Shown: one piece after another, positions 40,682 through 50,688 of the stretch
Layout of the letters: each line of letters starts with the position of its first letter
How positions within the stretch are numbered: the stretch's first letter is position 1
NCBI GenBank assembly: GCA_947478685.1
Contig: CANJWO010000004.1
Location: 1-61,178, forward strand
From: Chlamydiota bacterium
Lineage (GTDB): Bacteria; Chlamydiota; Chlamydiia; Chlamydiales; 2-12-FULL-49-11
Direction of reading: 5' to 3'
Length of the DNA stretch: 61,178 bases
The notes under the pieces: model-generated
Databases searched by the model: none
The model's input: only the letters and a program-made list of their open reading frames with translations
Told to the model about the DNA's origin: nothing
Position numbers and translations under genes: made by a program

Positions 40682-40990
40682 ATGAAAATTGAGACAGATT
40701 CACACGAGTGGGTGAGAAAAAATGGAAGTATTGCCACGATTGGGATTACAAAGAAGGCGAGCACTGAATTAGGTGAAATTGTCTATGTGGAACTTCCTAA
40801 AGTAGGCCAGAATGTGATAAAGGGCGATGAGATTGCTGTATTAGAGTCAACAAAGGCAGCAATCGATAGTTATGCTCCTCTTAGTGGAAGGGTGGTAGAG
40901 GTAAATTTTCTATTAGTGGACAAGCCTGAGTTAGTTAATAGTGATCCAGAAGGCGCTGGGTGGATGTATAGGATTTCTCTGTTAGATTGA
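40682..40990 (+). CDS. gcvH: Glycine cleavage system H / lipoyl carrier protein
   Basis: HEWV, LGEIVYVELP, ESTKAA (lipoyl-Lys), VNSDPEGAGW. Confidence 0.93.
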   Translation: MKIETDSHEWVRKNGSIATIGITKKASTELGEIVYVELPKVGQNVIKGDEIAVLESTKAAIDSYAPLSGRVVEVNFLLVDKPELVNSDPEGAGWMYRISLLD

Positions 40991-41001
40991 TTAGAGCTAA
41001 A

Positions 41002-41024
41002 ATAGGGGGATCTCTTCCCCCTAT
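41002..41024. terminator. Hairpin between convergent genes
   Basis: ATAGGGGGA pairs with TCCCCCTAT. Confidence 0.5.
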
Positions 41025-41047
41025 AAGTAGTAAATTATAAAATATTA

Positions 41048-41776
41048 TTAGGAGCGCCACTTTATGGTCATTCTATCTTTATGGCTTCTTTGGAGAATCT
41101 CAGTAGGATTCAGGCGTATAATAGGTAGCAGAGTTCCTGCCCATTTTCTTGAAGTTGGTGGCTCTCTTCTATCTTGCGTAGCTTCTTCCTCTTGAATAGG
41201 CATTGCTATTGGGATAGGTGCTTCCATTGGGATAGGTGCTTCCATTGGGATAGGTGCTTCCATTGGGATAGGTTCATGATGTGGAAGTCTTTTTGTAAAT
41301 TCAAGAGATCTGAAGAGAGCCTCATTGACAGCTTCTGGAGATAGTTCATGATGACGGCTCATTTCAAATTTTAACTGTTCCAAGGATACCAAGGGCTCTT
41401 TTGGAATTGGGTGATCAAATTTTAGAGATTTAGCCTCTGTAAGAAGTATTACCGCGCGAGGAGATGAATTCATTTTGTATAGTATAGTGTTGGCAGTTGC
41501 GTCGTAATGAATATAAAATTTTAAGGACTTTTCAGAAATGGGAAAGGTTCGGCTAAGCAAGGTTGTGATATTGTTGTTAATTATTCTAGATACCTGGATT
41601 AGTGATTCGCCAACTATTAGCTTTCCGGAATAACTGCTCGTTTCAGCTGCATAATGTGAAGATATGTTTTTAGTATAAAAGGGTTCGTGATTTAATGTTA
41701 CTTCAAGATCGTAAGGAATTTGAGAGTGGCCGGCAACGGCTAGTATTTCACAATTAATTGAAGGTAATGGTGTCAT
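41048..41776 (-). CDS. Hypothetical protein with PIPMEA repeats
   Basis: 242 aa, AAGGA RBS, Pro-rich tandem repeat. Confidence 0.6.
   Translation of the reverse strand: MTPLPSINCEILAVAGHSQIPYDLEVTLNHEPFYTKNISSHYAAETSSYSGKLIVGESLIQVSRIINNNITTLLSRTFPISEKSLKFYIHYDATANTILYKMNSSPRAVILLTEAKSLKFDHPIPKEPLVSLEQLKFEMSRHHELSPEAVNEALFRSLEFTKRLPHHEPIPMEAPIPMEAPIPMEAPIPIAMPIQEEEATQDRREPPTSRKWAGTLLPIIRLNPTEILQRSHKDRMTIKWRS
41208..41273. repeat. 18-bp coding tandem repeat, about 3.7 copies
   Basis: ATTGGGATAGGTGCTTCC exact copies at 41208, 41226 and 41244, with a partial copy at 41262. Confidence 0.95.
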
Positions 41777-42215
41777 AATTTTTTATCCTTTTGGTGACAA
41801 ATTAAATTTTATTATCTAGCATTAACTTAAGTTGGTGTCATCTAGTCTGTTAAATCGGGAGCTTTCATCGTATATTGGTGCTTTTTTTGTCATGAATAGA
41901 GGTTTATGTTATTTCCTTCAAAAATACCAATATACTTTCCGAAGATTCTGATTTCACTATAGGGAAATCTAAAAACTTGGGTTATTAATGCTCAGCTAGG
42001 TCATTTATATGAGATTCTTAGTTTAAAAAATATTACAGTCAATTAGTGACTCTCGTCAGCGCTAAGAGGGGATAATCGTCTCATAAATTTTAATGTTTTA
42101 TTAAAAGATTTTCAATAATTATACTCTTTTAAATAATTATTGTTAAGTTCTTATGGACGCCTTCTCTAAATTTTGTTAAGATTCGTAGGTATATTATATA
42201 AAAACTATTTTTAAA

Positions 42216-45200
42216 TTGAAAAAGTTTCTGGAAAAAAAGCGGTTTTTGGTGCTCTCGGCCTTGCTGGTCTGTCTTGCGCTTGGGTTTTCTTTTAGGCATT
42301 GGATTTTTCAACTAGGAGTAGAGACTTATTTAAATAGTAAGGTTCCTGAGAAGAATTGGCAGTTTGAATATGAAAGAGTCTCTCTTAAAAAAGGTCAAAT
42401 TTCGTTTTTTAATATAACGCTTGTTACTAAGGTTCCCCTTGTAGAATGTCAGATTGAAAGAGTTGATCTTATTGTTAAACATCGCGGTGGGATACATTTT
42501 GATTTCGGGATGAAGATTCAAGCCCCTTTTATTTCATTAAAACAGGATAGTGAGAGCTCTTTTTCTCTTCTTGATTACGCAAAATCTCCATTTTCTAGGT
42601 TGAAAGTTGATATCGAGGAAGCTGAGGTTCAGTTTATCGGAGAAAGTGAGCCTACAAAGATCTATTTCTCTTTGGTAAGTGATGAGAAGAGAAGAGCGCT
42701 CGGAACATTTTACCTCTCTAATAAGCTCCTAGCTCGGGAAAATTCTAATATAGCAATGAAGTTATATGAATGGCCAGAAGAGTTGATTTTGGAGCTTGAG
42801 TTTCAAGAGGCCTCTTTGTCATGGATGAGTCAATTAACAAGGCTCGCTAAGGATAATAAGTGGGCTAAGTGGAATGTTTCAAAAGGGGCATTAAATGGGC
42901 ACTTATGGCTTGGTGTGACAAAAAATGGAGTAGTCAGCCAAGCAAATGCTACGCTGCGTGTCACAGATGTGGCTTGTGCTCATGAGGAAAATGGCTTACA
43001 AGCAGATATTGAATCTCTATTGATAGATACTACTTATCCAAGCGGGAAGAAGGGGGAGATTTTTTGGCAGAATTGTGCTCTGAAGATGGATATTAAAGGG
43101 GGTAAAATTGGTTGTAGAGATGATGAGGCAAATGTTGATTTTGCAATTTGTGATTTAAGCGGTCATTTAAATTTTCACTCATTTAAAGATTCAGAGATTC
43201 TATTGAAGGGTTATCTTGATCATAGAGATCAGATGACACCCATTGTGCTGAGTGCAAACCCGAGTGGTATTGATAAAGATACGCTTGATGTCGACTTGAA
43301 GCTGTCTGAGTCTAATTTTCTTGCCCACTTAAATCTATCAATTGCAAGGGAAGGAGATGATCTTTGTGTTGTAAGAGGGCGGCTTAAAGAGATGGACGCT
43401 CCAGAGCTTGCAATGTTGCAACATGCCATTGGGTTTTTCTCCCCACAGGTTAAAGGCTTTCAACTCAATAAAGGGACAGTTACTTCTGAGCTAAGTCTCC
43501 GCATAGTTAAGGGGAAAGTGGAAAAGGTCTTGCTAGATGATATACTAGCAGATGATTTGGAAGTCTATTGGATCAATCGAGATATTTTGGCAACCTGCTC
43601 CCATCTTTCTGGTAGTGCTAACCTGGATTTTCAACACCTGTTTTCATTTGATATGCCAAATTGGGAAGTGAATGTACAAAATGGACAGTTAGTTCAGGGT
43701 GGTGTAAAGCCAATAAGTATTCAAGGCATCAGCATGCAGCTTTTCATGTGTAGAAAAGTGTTTGAACCTTCTTGGATTCGGGCTACATATGGTGGAATCG
43801 ATATTCTATTAGATGTTGTGGGCTATTATTCTGAAGCTGATCTAAACATGCATCTTTCGACAACGGGTGATAGGCTACTTCATCTTATTTGTGGAGGAAA
43901 AGAAGATTTTTTAAGGTTTAGTCAACACAGAATTCACACCGATATTGATTTTCATAGACAGCTTGGCTATTGGGAAGTATTGGGAAAAACCTATTTGAAT
44001 GTGATTGATGATTGGGAAGAGTGTGCAAGGGTAGGGTTTTTCTTATCAGACCAAATTTTTAAGGAAAGTAATTGGAAAGAGATGATTCGAGAATCTGTCT
44101 CTAAAGGTTGGTTTGAGACAGAGTCGATCTCTTGTGAATTCATGAAATTTGTCAATGCCTATACTGGTGCGGATTGGCTGTTAGAAGGGATGGGCTCTTT
44201 TAACGGAACATTTAATGGTGAGAGTCTTGATGCAAAAATACAATTTTCCCATGCAAATTTTTTTTCACCCTTTTTAGATATTCGGTTGAACCCATCAAAT
44301 GATCCAGGTAATGCAAGAACTTCGGATGGAATCGTCTGGTGCAATTTTGAGAAGATGGAGTGGAAGGTAAATATCCCGCTCTATGAGGCACTTATCCATG
44401 ATAAAGCTCATGATTTCTACTTTAATGATACAAGAGGGGATCTCTGTTTTGAAAATGGTTTGATCCAATTAAAGAAATTTGTGACAGAGTCTGAGGGAGT
44501 CGTTTTCGGAGGTAGCTTAGAGTTTTCCTCACCTGTTTTTAAATTAGAGATTGATTCATTAGTTGGTAATGTACGCCAGCTAGAAAAGTGTCTTCAGCAC
44601 ATTCCGACTTGGAAATCGCTCCATGTTCCATTTGATGGACAAATTCGAACTAAGGAGGGCGGGGTTAGCATTATATATGACCCTGATAAAGAACTTGTAT
44701 TGCAGGTCCATTTAGAACTCTTACACGGTATGTGGGAAGTCTTTCAGGCATTAGCTGTGACTGAGCTCTCATTTGACTTTGATTTTAGTTCAAATGAGAA
44801 GAGAGCCCTTTTAACAAGCGTCGTAGGAAAAATCCCCTCTGCCTTTCATGAAGGGGGATACTGTTTAAATGGAAAGGAGATCGAACTCTGTTTGGGAGAG
44901 GATTCCACATTGCAGTTTGATGTTCGTCTAGAAAACAGGGTAATGGATCTGATTAGATGTGTAGGTGTATATCATCTAGATTCAAAAGAATTTCAATTTG
45001 ATAGGGAGAGATCACATCTCTTCAGTGTCCACCCAAATAAAATTGATCTTAGTTTGGATTCAAATTTTTTTCCAAAAGTTGTCGATCTCTTGATAGATAT
45101 CCCTTTGCAGGAGGCGGAAAATTATGGGAAAATTCTTGCAGATATGAAAATAATAGGAGAAGAGCCTATTGAATTATTCAATAAAATTTATGATTGGGAA

Positions 45201-47084
45201 GGTGATGTTCACGCTAAGATCTCTTTAAAAGAGAATATTTGGGAGATCGATCTTACCTCGGGTAAATTTCATTGTGATGTAAAAAAAGAGTTTGAAAGCT
45301 GGAGAGTAAACCATTTATGTTTAGCTGGATTTGAAATTAGTGGAGAGCTTAAAAAAAGTGAGATTGGGTTTGTGATATCTAATTTGAAAGGAGTTGGAGA
45401 GAGCTCTCTCTTTTCATTTAAGGAGGGTTTTTTTGTACCAGAAAAAAGGCGTATCACGCTCCCTATTCAAGAGGCTCTTATAGATTTTAAAGAGTGTTTT
45501 CCAAAATTAGGTGAGGGAAGGGTAAGTTTAGGTGGAGTTTTAGAGATTGATTTTTCTAAAGGATTTAGCAATTCCTTCGTAGAAGGAAAACTCAAGCTTG
45601 AGGCTGAAAAAGATCATTTACAAGCTGTATCGATCTCTGAGCTCTATCTGATTTATAATTTAGATAGAGGACTAGTTATCAAGGATAGCATTTTTGAGCT
45701 CACATATGAAAATGCAAAATGTTTAGTTGAAGTGCCTTTTGGCTCTTACTCTTTTATTGATAAGTTATGGCAAGTTTATCAGATCAAAACAAGTTATGGC
45801 GATCCTGAAATCCAATGTTTGCTTAATAAAATAGGGTTGCAAATGGATCTTCCTAAAAACAATTCTGGAAAAACAGAAGTTGTCCTTGATATCGAATTTT
45901 CAGAAGATCAGTTTCAGACCAGCTGCGCTTTTGGGCCAGGAAATTATGTGTGGAAAGGAAAAGAGATTTTTTTAAAAGAGATGAGATGGTTTTATGATAA
46001 AAATCATCTCGATATCGATACAGTTCTCCCTTTTTGGGGATCGGAATTTACCATTCATGCGAAAGTCTATCCAGACGATATGGGACTTGCCATCATAGAG
46101 GGTTTTGAAAAAGATGTAGAGGAGAGAGCTCTCTATATAGAATGTAGGTTGCTTGATCCTGAAGGCCTATCTATTCAAAAATTTCAAGGTAATTTGTTTG
46201 GTCTTGATTTTCAATTTCTCCCTAAAAATAAGATGGAAGAGTGGGTCTTTCTTGGTGATGTAAAAATTGACGTTGGCTCCTTGAAGAGAGTTGTAGGGCC
46301 TGATGTAAAGCAGCTCATTGACGAACTTAAATTTCATAAAGGCTATGAATTAAAAGGTGAGCTCACCTTAAAAAAAGATAATTTAGCTGCATCAAGCTTT
46401 GAAGGATATTTGAAAGGACGTGATTTTGATTTTCTTGGATATATGTTTAAGACGCTTTTAGCAAATATAAGTATTGATCAGAATGGGGTCTCTCTTAAAG
46501 ATCTTTCTATTAGTGATGAGGGGGTCACAGTAGCGATTCCGGAGCTTAAGATAGATGTTTCGGGAAAAGGGGATCTATCGATGCGTATTCCTGAGATCAC
46601 GATTGACGAGTTGAGACCTTCACTATTAAAGAAAAAACATGTCCATCAAAGATTGAAACCATTTTGCATTAAAACAATGGTCTTCCAAGATGTTACAGGA
46701 AATTTAGCCGACGAGAGATCTTTTACCGGTAGAGGCCATCTAAAATTTCATAACACATTTAAAGAGGGGCATAACTTATTAGATATTCCGATTGAGATTA
46801 TTAGCAGATTGGGACTCGATATAGGTCTTCTTGTCCCTATTCAAGGCGAACTTGATTATGTCTTGAAAAATGGCAAACTTGTTTTTACAAAATTAAAAAA
46901 TAGCTTCAGCGAGAGCAAACGATCCTATTTCTATCTTTGGAATAAAACAGAATCGTATATTGATTTCTCAGGAAATATGCATATCGATATTCGGATGAAG
47001 CAATACGTCCTATTTAAAATCACTGAATTATTCATCCTCTCAATTCAAGGCCCCCTTGAAAAACCAAAATGCTTCTTGCGATAA
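42216..47084 (+). CDS. Very large beta-rich membrane-anchored protein (AsmA/TamB-like candidate)
   Basis: 1622 aa with an N-terminal transmembrane helix and alternating beta-strand patterns. It ends with ISIQGPL.KP, like AsmA C-termini. Confidence 0.6.
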   Translation: MKKFLEKKRFLVLSALLVCLALGFSFRHWIFQLGVETYLNSKVPEKNWQFEYERVSLKKGQISFFNITLVTKVPLVECQIERVDLIVKHRGGIHFDFGMKIQAPFISLKQDSESSFSLLDYAKSPFSRLKVDIEEAEVQFIGESEPTKIYFSLVSDEKRRALGTFYLSNKLLARENSNIAMKLYEWPEELILELEFQEASLSWMSQLTRLAKDNKWAKWNVSKGALNGHLWLGVTKNGVVSQANATLRVTDVACAHEENGLQADIESLLIDTTYPSGKKGEIFWQNCALKMDIKGGKIGCRDDEANVDFAICDLSGHLNFHSFKDSEILLKGYLDHRDQMTPIVLSANPSGIDKDTLDVDLKLSESNFLAHLNLSIAREGDDLCVVRGRLKEMDAPELAMLQHAIGFFSPQVKGFQLNKGTVTSELSLRIVKGKVEKVLLDDILADDLEVYWINRDILATCSHLSGSANLDFQHLFSFDMPNWEVNVQNGQLVQGGVKPISIQGISMQLFMCRKVFEPSWIRATYGGIDILLDVVGYYSEADLNMHLSTTGDRLLHLICGGKEDFLRFSQHRIHTDIDFHRQLGYWEVLGKTYLNVIDDWEECARVGFFLSDQIFKESNWKEMIRESVSKGWFETESISCEFMKFVNAYTGADWLLEGMGSFNGTFNGESLDAKIQFSHANFFSPFLDIRLNPSNDPGNARTSDGIVWCNFEKMEWKVNIPLYEALIHDKAHDFYFNDTRGDLCFENGLIQLKKFVTESEGVVFGGSLEFSSPVFKLEIDSLVGNVRQLEKCLQHIPTWKSLHVPFDGQIRTKEGGVSIIYDPDKELVLQVHLELLHGMWEVFQALAVTELSFDFDFSSNEKRALLTSVVGKIPSAFHEGGYCLNGKEIELCLGEDSTLQFDVRLENRVMDLIRCVGVYHLDSKEFQFDRERSHLFSVHPNKIDLSLDSNFFPKVVDLLIDIPLQEAENYGKILADMKIIGEEPIELFNKIYDWEGDVHAKISLKENIWEIDLTSGKFHCDVKKEFESWRVNHLCLAGFEISGELKKSEIGFVISNLKGVGESSLFSFKEGFFVPEKRRITLPIQEALIDFKECFPKLGEGRVSLGGVLEIDFSKGFSNSFVEGKLKLEAEKDHLQAVSISELYLIYNLDRGLVIKDSIFELTYENAKCLVEVPFGSYSFIDKLWQVYQIKTSYGDPEIQCLLNKIGLQMDLPKNNSGKTEVVLDIEFSEDQFQTSCAFGPGNYVWKGKEIFLKEMRWFYDKNHLDIDTVLPFWGSEFTIHAKVYPDDMGLAIIEGFEKDVEERALYIECRLLDPEGLSIQKFQGNLFGLDFQFLPKNKMEEWVFLGDVKIDVGSLKRVVGPDVKQLIDELKFHKGYELKGELTLKKDNLAASSFEGYLKGRDFDFLGYMFKTLLANISIDQNGVSLKDLSISDEGVTVAIPELKIDVSGKGDLSMRIPEITIDELRPSLLKKKHVHQRLKPFCIKTMVFQDVTGNLADERSFTGRGHLKFHNTFKEGHNLLDIPIEIISRLGLDIGLLVPIQGELDYVLKNGKLVFTKLKNSFSESKRSYFYLWNKTESYIDFSGNMHIDIRMKQYVLFKITELFILSIQGPLEKPKCFLR

Positions 47085-47596
47085 CAAGATTTCTATTCCC
47101 TAAAGTTTGTCTCTATTGTAGAGAGATTCATCCAGACAAAGGCTTGCTTTGTGAAAGGTGTCTAGTTGGTTTGGATTTACTCTTTCCTAGGGGAAGGTGC
47201 TATACTTGTTTTAGAGAGAGTGAGCGGCGAAAATGTCTCGCCTGTTTTAAACAGCCCTCGCCATGGTATCAGGCGGGAGCTCTCTTCTCGAGCTATAGCT
47301 CGGGCACTGTGTTATTGCAAGATCCTGACCGCTTTGGAAGGGAGATCGCAGCTTTTTTTATCATCCAATACATCAGAATGAGATGGCCCCTTCCAGATGC
47401 CTTTTATGTAGAAGGTGATTTAAAGCCGATCTCTTCCTATATACGTAAATTTCTCCCAATAAAAAGAGCCTCAAAAAGAATAGAGTATGGTGGAAAAAAA
47501 ATTCTCTACTTTACAAAAGATGCAGCTGAATGTGAGATTCCCGAATTTCTTTTAGGATCAAGAATCTATCTCCTCTCATATACCCACTTTGATTAA
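47069..47596 (+). CDS. ComF-like double zinc ribbon protein, degenerate PRTase domain
   Basis: LFP..CLYC..LLCERC..CYTC..CLAC; no VDDV.TTG motif. Confidence 0.65.
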   Translation: MLLAITRFLFPKVCLYCREIHPDKGLLCERCLVGLDLLFPRGRCYTCFRESERRKCLACFKQPSPWYQAGALFSSYSSGTVLLQDPDRFGREIAAFFIIQYIRMRWPLPDAFYVEGDLKPISSYIRKFLPIKRASKRIEYGGKKILYFTKDAAECEIPEFLLGSRIYLLSYTHFD

Positions 47597-47597
47597 T

Positions 47598-48938
47598 TTA
47601 TGACTCTAAGTTTTGTTTGGTCATTTGGATTTGCCTGCGGAGGGTTTCATCGGTCTCTAGCTGCTTTTTGATTTTGTTCCAAGAGTGAAGTAGGGTTGAG
47701 TGAGTTTTGCCACCGAAGGAGGAGGCAAGTTTCATTAATGACTCGTTAATCAGCTCTTTAGCAAGATACATGGCTACTTGGCGAGGGAACGCAACCTCTT
47801 TTTTTCTGTTAGAACCTCTAAGATCTTGAACACGCACATTGAACATGGATGAAACACTTTTAAGAATGCTCTCTACAGTCACTTTCTTTTGGGGAACGTA
47901 TTGAAAGAGTTCGCTCAAAGTAGTTTCGACAATTTCTTGAGTGATCTCAGTTTGAATAAGGCCGCAGTATGCGCTCAATCTGTTAATCGCCCCTTCAAGT
48001 TGACGAACGTTATTAAAGATGTGTTCTGCAATAAAAAAAGCTACTTTTTGTGGGATTTTTAGACCCTTTCTCTCGGCTTTGTATTGAAGGATGGCAACTC
48101 TTGTTTCTAAGTCAGGGATACCAATATTTGCAACTAGGCCCCATTCCATACGTGCAATCAGGCGTTCAGAAAGTTTGAGAGCGCTAGGAGGCTTATCACT
48201 TGTAATTACGATCTGTTTATTCTGATTAATCAGTGCCTCAAATGTGTTGCAAAACTCCTCTTCAAAGTTAAGTCTGTTTTGTAGAAACTGAATATCATCG
48301 ACTAGAAGTATATCAAGATTTCGGTAAAACTTTTTCATTTGATCGACCGTTTTATTTCTTAGGCTGTCTACAAGATCGTTAATGAACTGTTCAGTTGTGA
48401 TGCATTGTACTTTGACCTTTTTGTGCTGCTCTTTACAATAGTGGCCAATGCTGTGCAAAAGGTGTGTCTTTCCAAGGCCAACACCACCATGAATAAACAG
48501 AGGGTTGTACGATTTTCCTGGGCGGAGTGCAACACCGAGTGCTGCAGATTTTACAAACTGATTGGAGGGACCTTCAATAAAATGCCCGAATGTATAACCA
48601 AGATTAAGTTTAATCTCATATTTTGAATCAATCTCTTTTTTCTCTTCAATGAAAACAGGTTCAGAAACTGTCTCATCTCTCCTTGGTTCTTTGATCACAA
48701 AGCGAATTGAAGGTTCACCTTTATTATTTAAAGGAAAGTAAGAGACAAGCTCATGTCTGTAATTTGAAAGTAGATAGTCTTGAACAAAAACATTCGGCAC
48801 TTCAAGTACAATATCGCTATCGTTTGATTCAACAAAATGGATGGGTGCGATCCAGTTTTGAAATTCAGCAAGAGAACATTTTTTCTGAAGGAGCCCTACA
48901 AATTCTCCCCAAATCTCTTGTGCATCTTTCACCAACAT
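47598..48938 (-). CDS. dnaA: Chromosomal replication initiator DnaA
   Basis: [45 protein letters not shown]. Confidence 0.97.
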   Translation of the reverse strand: MLVKDAQEIWGEFVGLLQKKCSLAEFQNWIAPIHFVESNDSDIVLEVPNVFVQDYLLSNYRHELVSYFPLNNKGEPSIRFVIKEPRRDETVSEPVFIEEKKEIDSKYEIKLNLGYTFGHFIEGPSNQFVKSAALGVALRPGKSYNPLFIHGGVGLGKTHLLHSIGHYCKEQHKKVKVQCITTEQFINDLVDSLRNKTVDQMKKFYRNLDILLVDDIQFLQNRLNFEEEFCNTFEALINQNKQIVITSDKPPSALKLSERLIARMEWGLVANIGIPDLETRVAILQYKAERKGLKIPQKVAFFIAEHIFNNVRQLEGAINRLSAYCGLIQTEITQEIVETTLSELFQYVPQKKVTVESILKSVSSMFNVRVQDLRGSNRKKEVAFPRQVAMYLAKELINESLMKLASSFGGKTHSTLLHSWNKIKKQLETDETLRRQIQMTKQNLES

Positions 48939-48974
48939 CTACAAACTCCTCCACTTATATCTGCACATCTTTAG

Positions 48975-49078
48975 TTATGAACAATGTTTCCACAACATCT
49001 TCTAAAGGTGTAATTTACGATCAAAATTTAACACCTCCCAAATAACAATACAAGGAGATTTCTGAATATATTGGATAA
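48975..49078. promoter_or_regulatory. Possible degenerate DnaA boxes upstream of dnaA
   Basis: TTATGAACA (48975), GTTTCCACA (48986) and TTATCCAAT on the minus strand (49070-49078). Confidence 0.4.
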
Positions 49079-49109
49079 CCTGTTTAGCATCAGCCGAAAA
49101 AAAAGATAC

Positions 49110-49505
49110 TTACTGATAAGCTAAGATGAGGGCTTCGGCTTGGCCTGAAATCTTTAAATCTGGATGGCTTTTTAGAACAGCGGCCTGTTCAAGTCCTTGT
49201 CTATGATAGCCTAATAGAAAAAGTGCTTTTGCGCGATTGATTAGGGTAGGGGGACTATTAGGATCATACTGTAAGGCTCTATCAAAAAAGTTAAGGGCCA
49301 TTAGATTATCACCCAGCTCTAGATGAAGGGCGCCTAAGGTTTGAAGATCGTAACTTGATTCAGGACAAAGAACTACGAGGGCATCAAAGAATTTCATCGC
49401 GATCTTATAATGACCTTGTTTGATGTAAGAATAGGCGACAAAACGAAGATCGTTCACCTCCTCTTCTGACCAACCTAAAAGATCCATCCAATGAATTTCA
49501 CTCAT
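49110..49505 (-). CDS. TPR protein, putative type III secretion chaperone (CT274-like)
   Basis: LRFVAYSYIKQG, YDLQTLGALHL and TPR motifs; syntenic next to dnaA. Confidence 0.8.
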   Translation of the reverse strand: MSEIHWMDLLGWSEEEVNDLRFVAYSYIKQGHYKIAMKFFDALVVLCPESSYDLQTLGALHLELGDNLMALNFFDRALQYDPNSPPTLINRAKALFLLGYHRQGLEQAAVLKSHPDLKISGQAEALILAYQ

Positions 49506-49516
49506 GCATATCCTTT

Positions 49517-50035
49517 TTATCCTTTGCAGTAGCGATAACGCTCTGAGGTGATTTGTGCCATGATTTTATTCAAAACCTGAATACTTTGCATCATATCAAT
49601 TAGTGCATTGGCTTCTTTATCAATCAGTTTTACCTCTTCTTCACTTTCCCAAGAGGGCTGATGCTGCTTTTTTCTCTCATCATCACGCTTATCTTTCTCA
49701 CTCTTCCGTTTTTCCTGAATTCTACCCATTTGAAGTTCTAATAGTTCAGCGGGGCCAAGTTTAGGGGCAAGCTGGTGAGTGAAAAGCCGCCCTTTTTGAT
49801 CGTTATACTTCTCGGGCGGCGGCATATTGCTCCAAGTCTTCCCCTTGGTCCCTAACTCAAACAAGATTTGATAGTCTGTAACTATCATAGGTTCAAATAT
49901 ATCAGTAGATAATTGAGAGGCAATCGATCTGCCGTTAGAGATCATTTCCTCATCAAAATACTTTCTATTCTGCTCATAATGAATGTAGGATTGAATTCCT
50001 ATATCATCGATGGTTTTGGTCGATTTTGTGCTCAT
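49517..50035 (-). CDS. Conserved chlamydial protein (CT273-like)
   Basis: TIDDIG, W..MPPP..Y, LFT.QL.P.LG and C-terminal KG; syntenic position. Confidence 0.75.
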   Translation of the reverse strand: MSTKSTKTIDDIGIQSYIHYEQNRKYFDEEMISNGRSIASQLSTDIFEPMIVTDYQILFELGTKGKTWSNMPPPEKYNDQKGRLFTHQLAPKLGPAELLELQMGRIQEKRKSEKDKRDDERKKQHQPSWESEEEVKLIDKEANALIDMMQSIQVLNKIMAQITSERYRYCKG

Positions 50036-50075
50036 ACCCCCGTCATAGCAAATGAGCTATTTTGTGACTAGCAGT

Positions 50076-50100
50076 TATAGTCATTTGACTTAAAATTTGA
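50076..50100. repeat. Solo MITE TIR
   Basis: TATAGTCATTTGACTTAAAATTTGA. Confidence 0.7.
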
Positions 50101-50154
50101 ATTGATAGAGAGGCCTTGATATCCTTACTAGTGTAACTGTCAGGTGAATATAGT

Positions 50155-50448
50155 TTATAGTCTCCAAATGAGGTTTAGGGTATCTACCTTCCTCATAACT
50201 TCCTTTGAAATTTCTTCAGTATCATAGCATATCCTTCCTGCCATTATGATATTAGGATGTTTTCCTTGGGCCTCTCTTGTAGCTATCTCATCTGGAGTAT
50301 ATAGTGCTTTTTTTGCTAGTTCTGTAAGATCGCCCATATTTTTGCATATGGATGGGTCTATTTCCACCTTCTCATACTTACCTTCTATAGATTTAAATAA
50401 TACTTTAAATGCCTCTGATGAACCGGATGAACCTACTGGGTCTGACAT
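50155..50448 (-). CDS. Eukaryotic ubiquitin-like protein lacking diglycine; candidate effector
   Basis: FKVLFKSIEGKYEKVEIDPS aligns with ubiquitin 1-20. NIIMAGRICYDTEEISKEVMRKVDTLNLIWRL aligns without gaps to ubiquitin 42-73. GAGG RBS. Confidence 0.75.
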   Translation of the reverse strand: MSDPVGSSGSSEAFKVLFKSIEGKYEKVEIDPSICKNMGDLTELAKKALYTPDEIATREAQGKHPNIIMAGRICYDTEEISKEVMRKVDTLNLIWRL

Positions 50449-50688
50449 AAATATACCTCTTAATTAATGGTATTTCTAAATAAATATATTATTTAAATTT
50501 ATGCAAGGCATATCTTGTGTTGGATAAAAAGTAATTTAACATGCTTTAAATAAGCATATTAAATTAATAATTTTAGGGTCAAGCTTTGAGTGTTTGAGTT
50601 TCAATCTCACTCAAACCTGATCCTATTTTCTTAAGCTATATTCTGGTTTTTTAGCTTTTTGGGGGTGGATTAAAAATTATTTTAACAA

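Noticed and set aside
34667-40990. lplA with an orphan gcvH as a novel system
   Set aside because: This is a known chlamydial arrangement (lipoyl carrier without gcvP/gcvT nearby).
42043-42065. CIRCE (HrcA) operator
   Set aside because: TTAGTGACT..CAGCGCTAA has the wrong spacing and mismatched arms, and no chaperone gene is adjacent.
48939-49109. oriC next to dnaA
   Set aside because: The gap is short, with only degenerate boxes and no clear unwinding element; autoregulatory sites are more likely.
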